Source of the DNA: Amoebidium appalachense
Taxonomy: Eukaryota; Protista; Ichthyosporea
Length of the DNA stretch: 64,000 bases
Direction of reading: 5' to 3'
Assembly (NCBI GenBank): GCA_963693365.1
Contig: CAVNZM010000008.1
Location: 6,458,830 to 6,522,829, forward strand
In this document: positions 63,638 through 64,000 of the stretch, one piece after another
Layout of the letters: every line of letters starts with the position of its first letter
Position numbering within the stretch: the stretch's first letter is position 1
Notes under the pieces: generated by a model
Seen by the model: the letters and a program-made list of their open reading frames with translations, nothing else
Told to the model about the DNA's origin: nothing
The model's database searches: none
Program-made: the position numbers and the translations under genes

Positions 63638-64000
63638 TCAAGCCACCATATAGACCTCGGGAGGGTTATCATCCACCGTATAAACCACCTGCGGCTGTCC
63701 GTCCAATCCGGCAGCGTGAACCCGCCCCTTTGAAATTCCGCTTTGCACCCCCTCCGCCCTCACGACATCAGCAGCCGAATCCGGTGTTGCGGTTGGCTTA
63801 GAGTCAGCGTATCGCCTTAGCCGCCTGGTGGCGGTGCAAGAAGTGACTTTCACCGTGGTAGTGCGTGTAGTCCGAGCAATGGTTGTGCGTGAAGTGAATG
63901 TGGAGGTGAGAGTGACGGCGGGACGGGTAGTGGTTAAAGTAACAAAAACCGTCTGCGCTTTAGGGGTCAAAGTGGTGGTTATAGTTTTTGTCTGTGCGGG
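63638..64000 (-). CDS. C-terminal part of a Thr-rich, possibly secreted or surface protein; runs off the window
   Basis: Open frame from the window edge: TKTITTTLTPKAQTVFVTLTTT..RRLRR..EVYMVA*. Thr/Val-rich stalk with a basic cluster; no family recognised. Confidence 0.5.
   Translation of the reverse strand, partial: PAQTKTITTTLTPKAQTVFVTLTTTRPAVTLTSTFTSRTTIARTTRTTTVKVTSCTATRRLRRYADSKPTATPDSAADVVRAEGVQSGISKGRVHAAGLDGQPQVVYTVDDNPPEVYMVA

Overview
Eukaryotic, intron-rich genomic DNA. Introns are packed with poly-C/poly-G runs and (CA)n/(GT)n microsatellites, so most ORF-track entries are noise; the organism cannot be identified with confidence. Host genes I reconstructed by hand: exon 1 of an L-type lectin (ERGIC-53/VIP36-like, minus), an 18-exon USP5/USP13/Ubp14 deubiquitinase with an extra N-terminal UBA domain (20095-34708, 876 aa), an intronless frameshifted fusion of USP7 UBL1-2 with BTB and a SPOP-like tail (37653-38953, minus), a 12-exon mitochondrial EF-Tu (39431-48147, 458 aa), and the end of a Thr-rich ORF at the right edge. 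Mobile DNA: a hAT-like MITE, a cluster of tRNA-derived SINE pieces, a MULE-like non-autonomous element, a non-autonomous Ty3/gypsy element with apparently identical LTRs, and two related non-LTR RT elements. Each RT element is interrupted by a different Ty1/copia insertion: one 5'-truncated with a 30-32 bp duplication, the other a three-LTR tandem dimer with a 5-bp TSD. The most novel signal is an intronic repeat family (5 copies, all sense to the host genes). Its two long copies fold into the same ~155-nt RNA with covarying helices, a canonical kink-turn, a pseudoknot and hammerhead-like core motifs (CUGAGGA, CGAAAC, GUU) in a non-standard order; four of the five copies end directly in poly-C.
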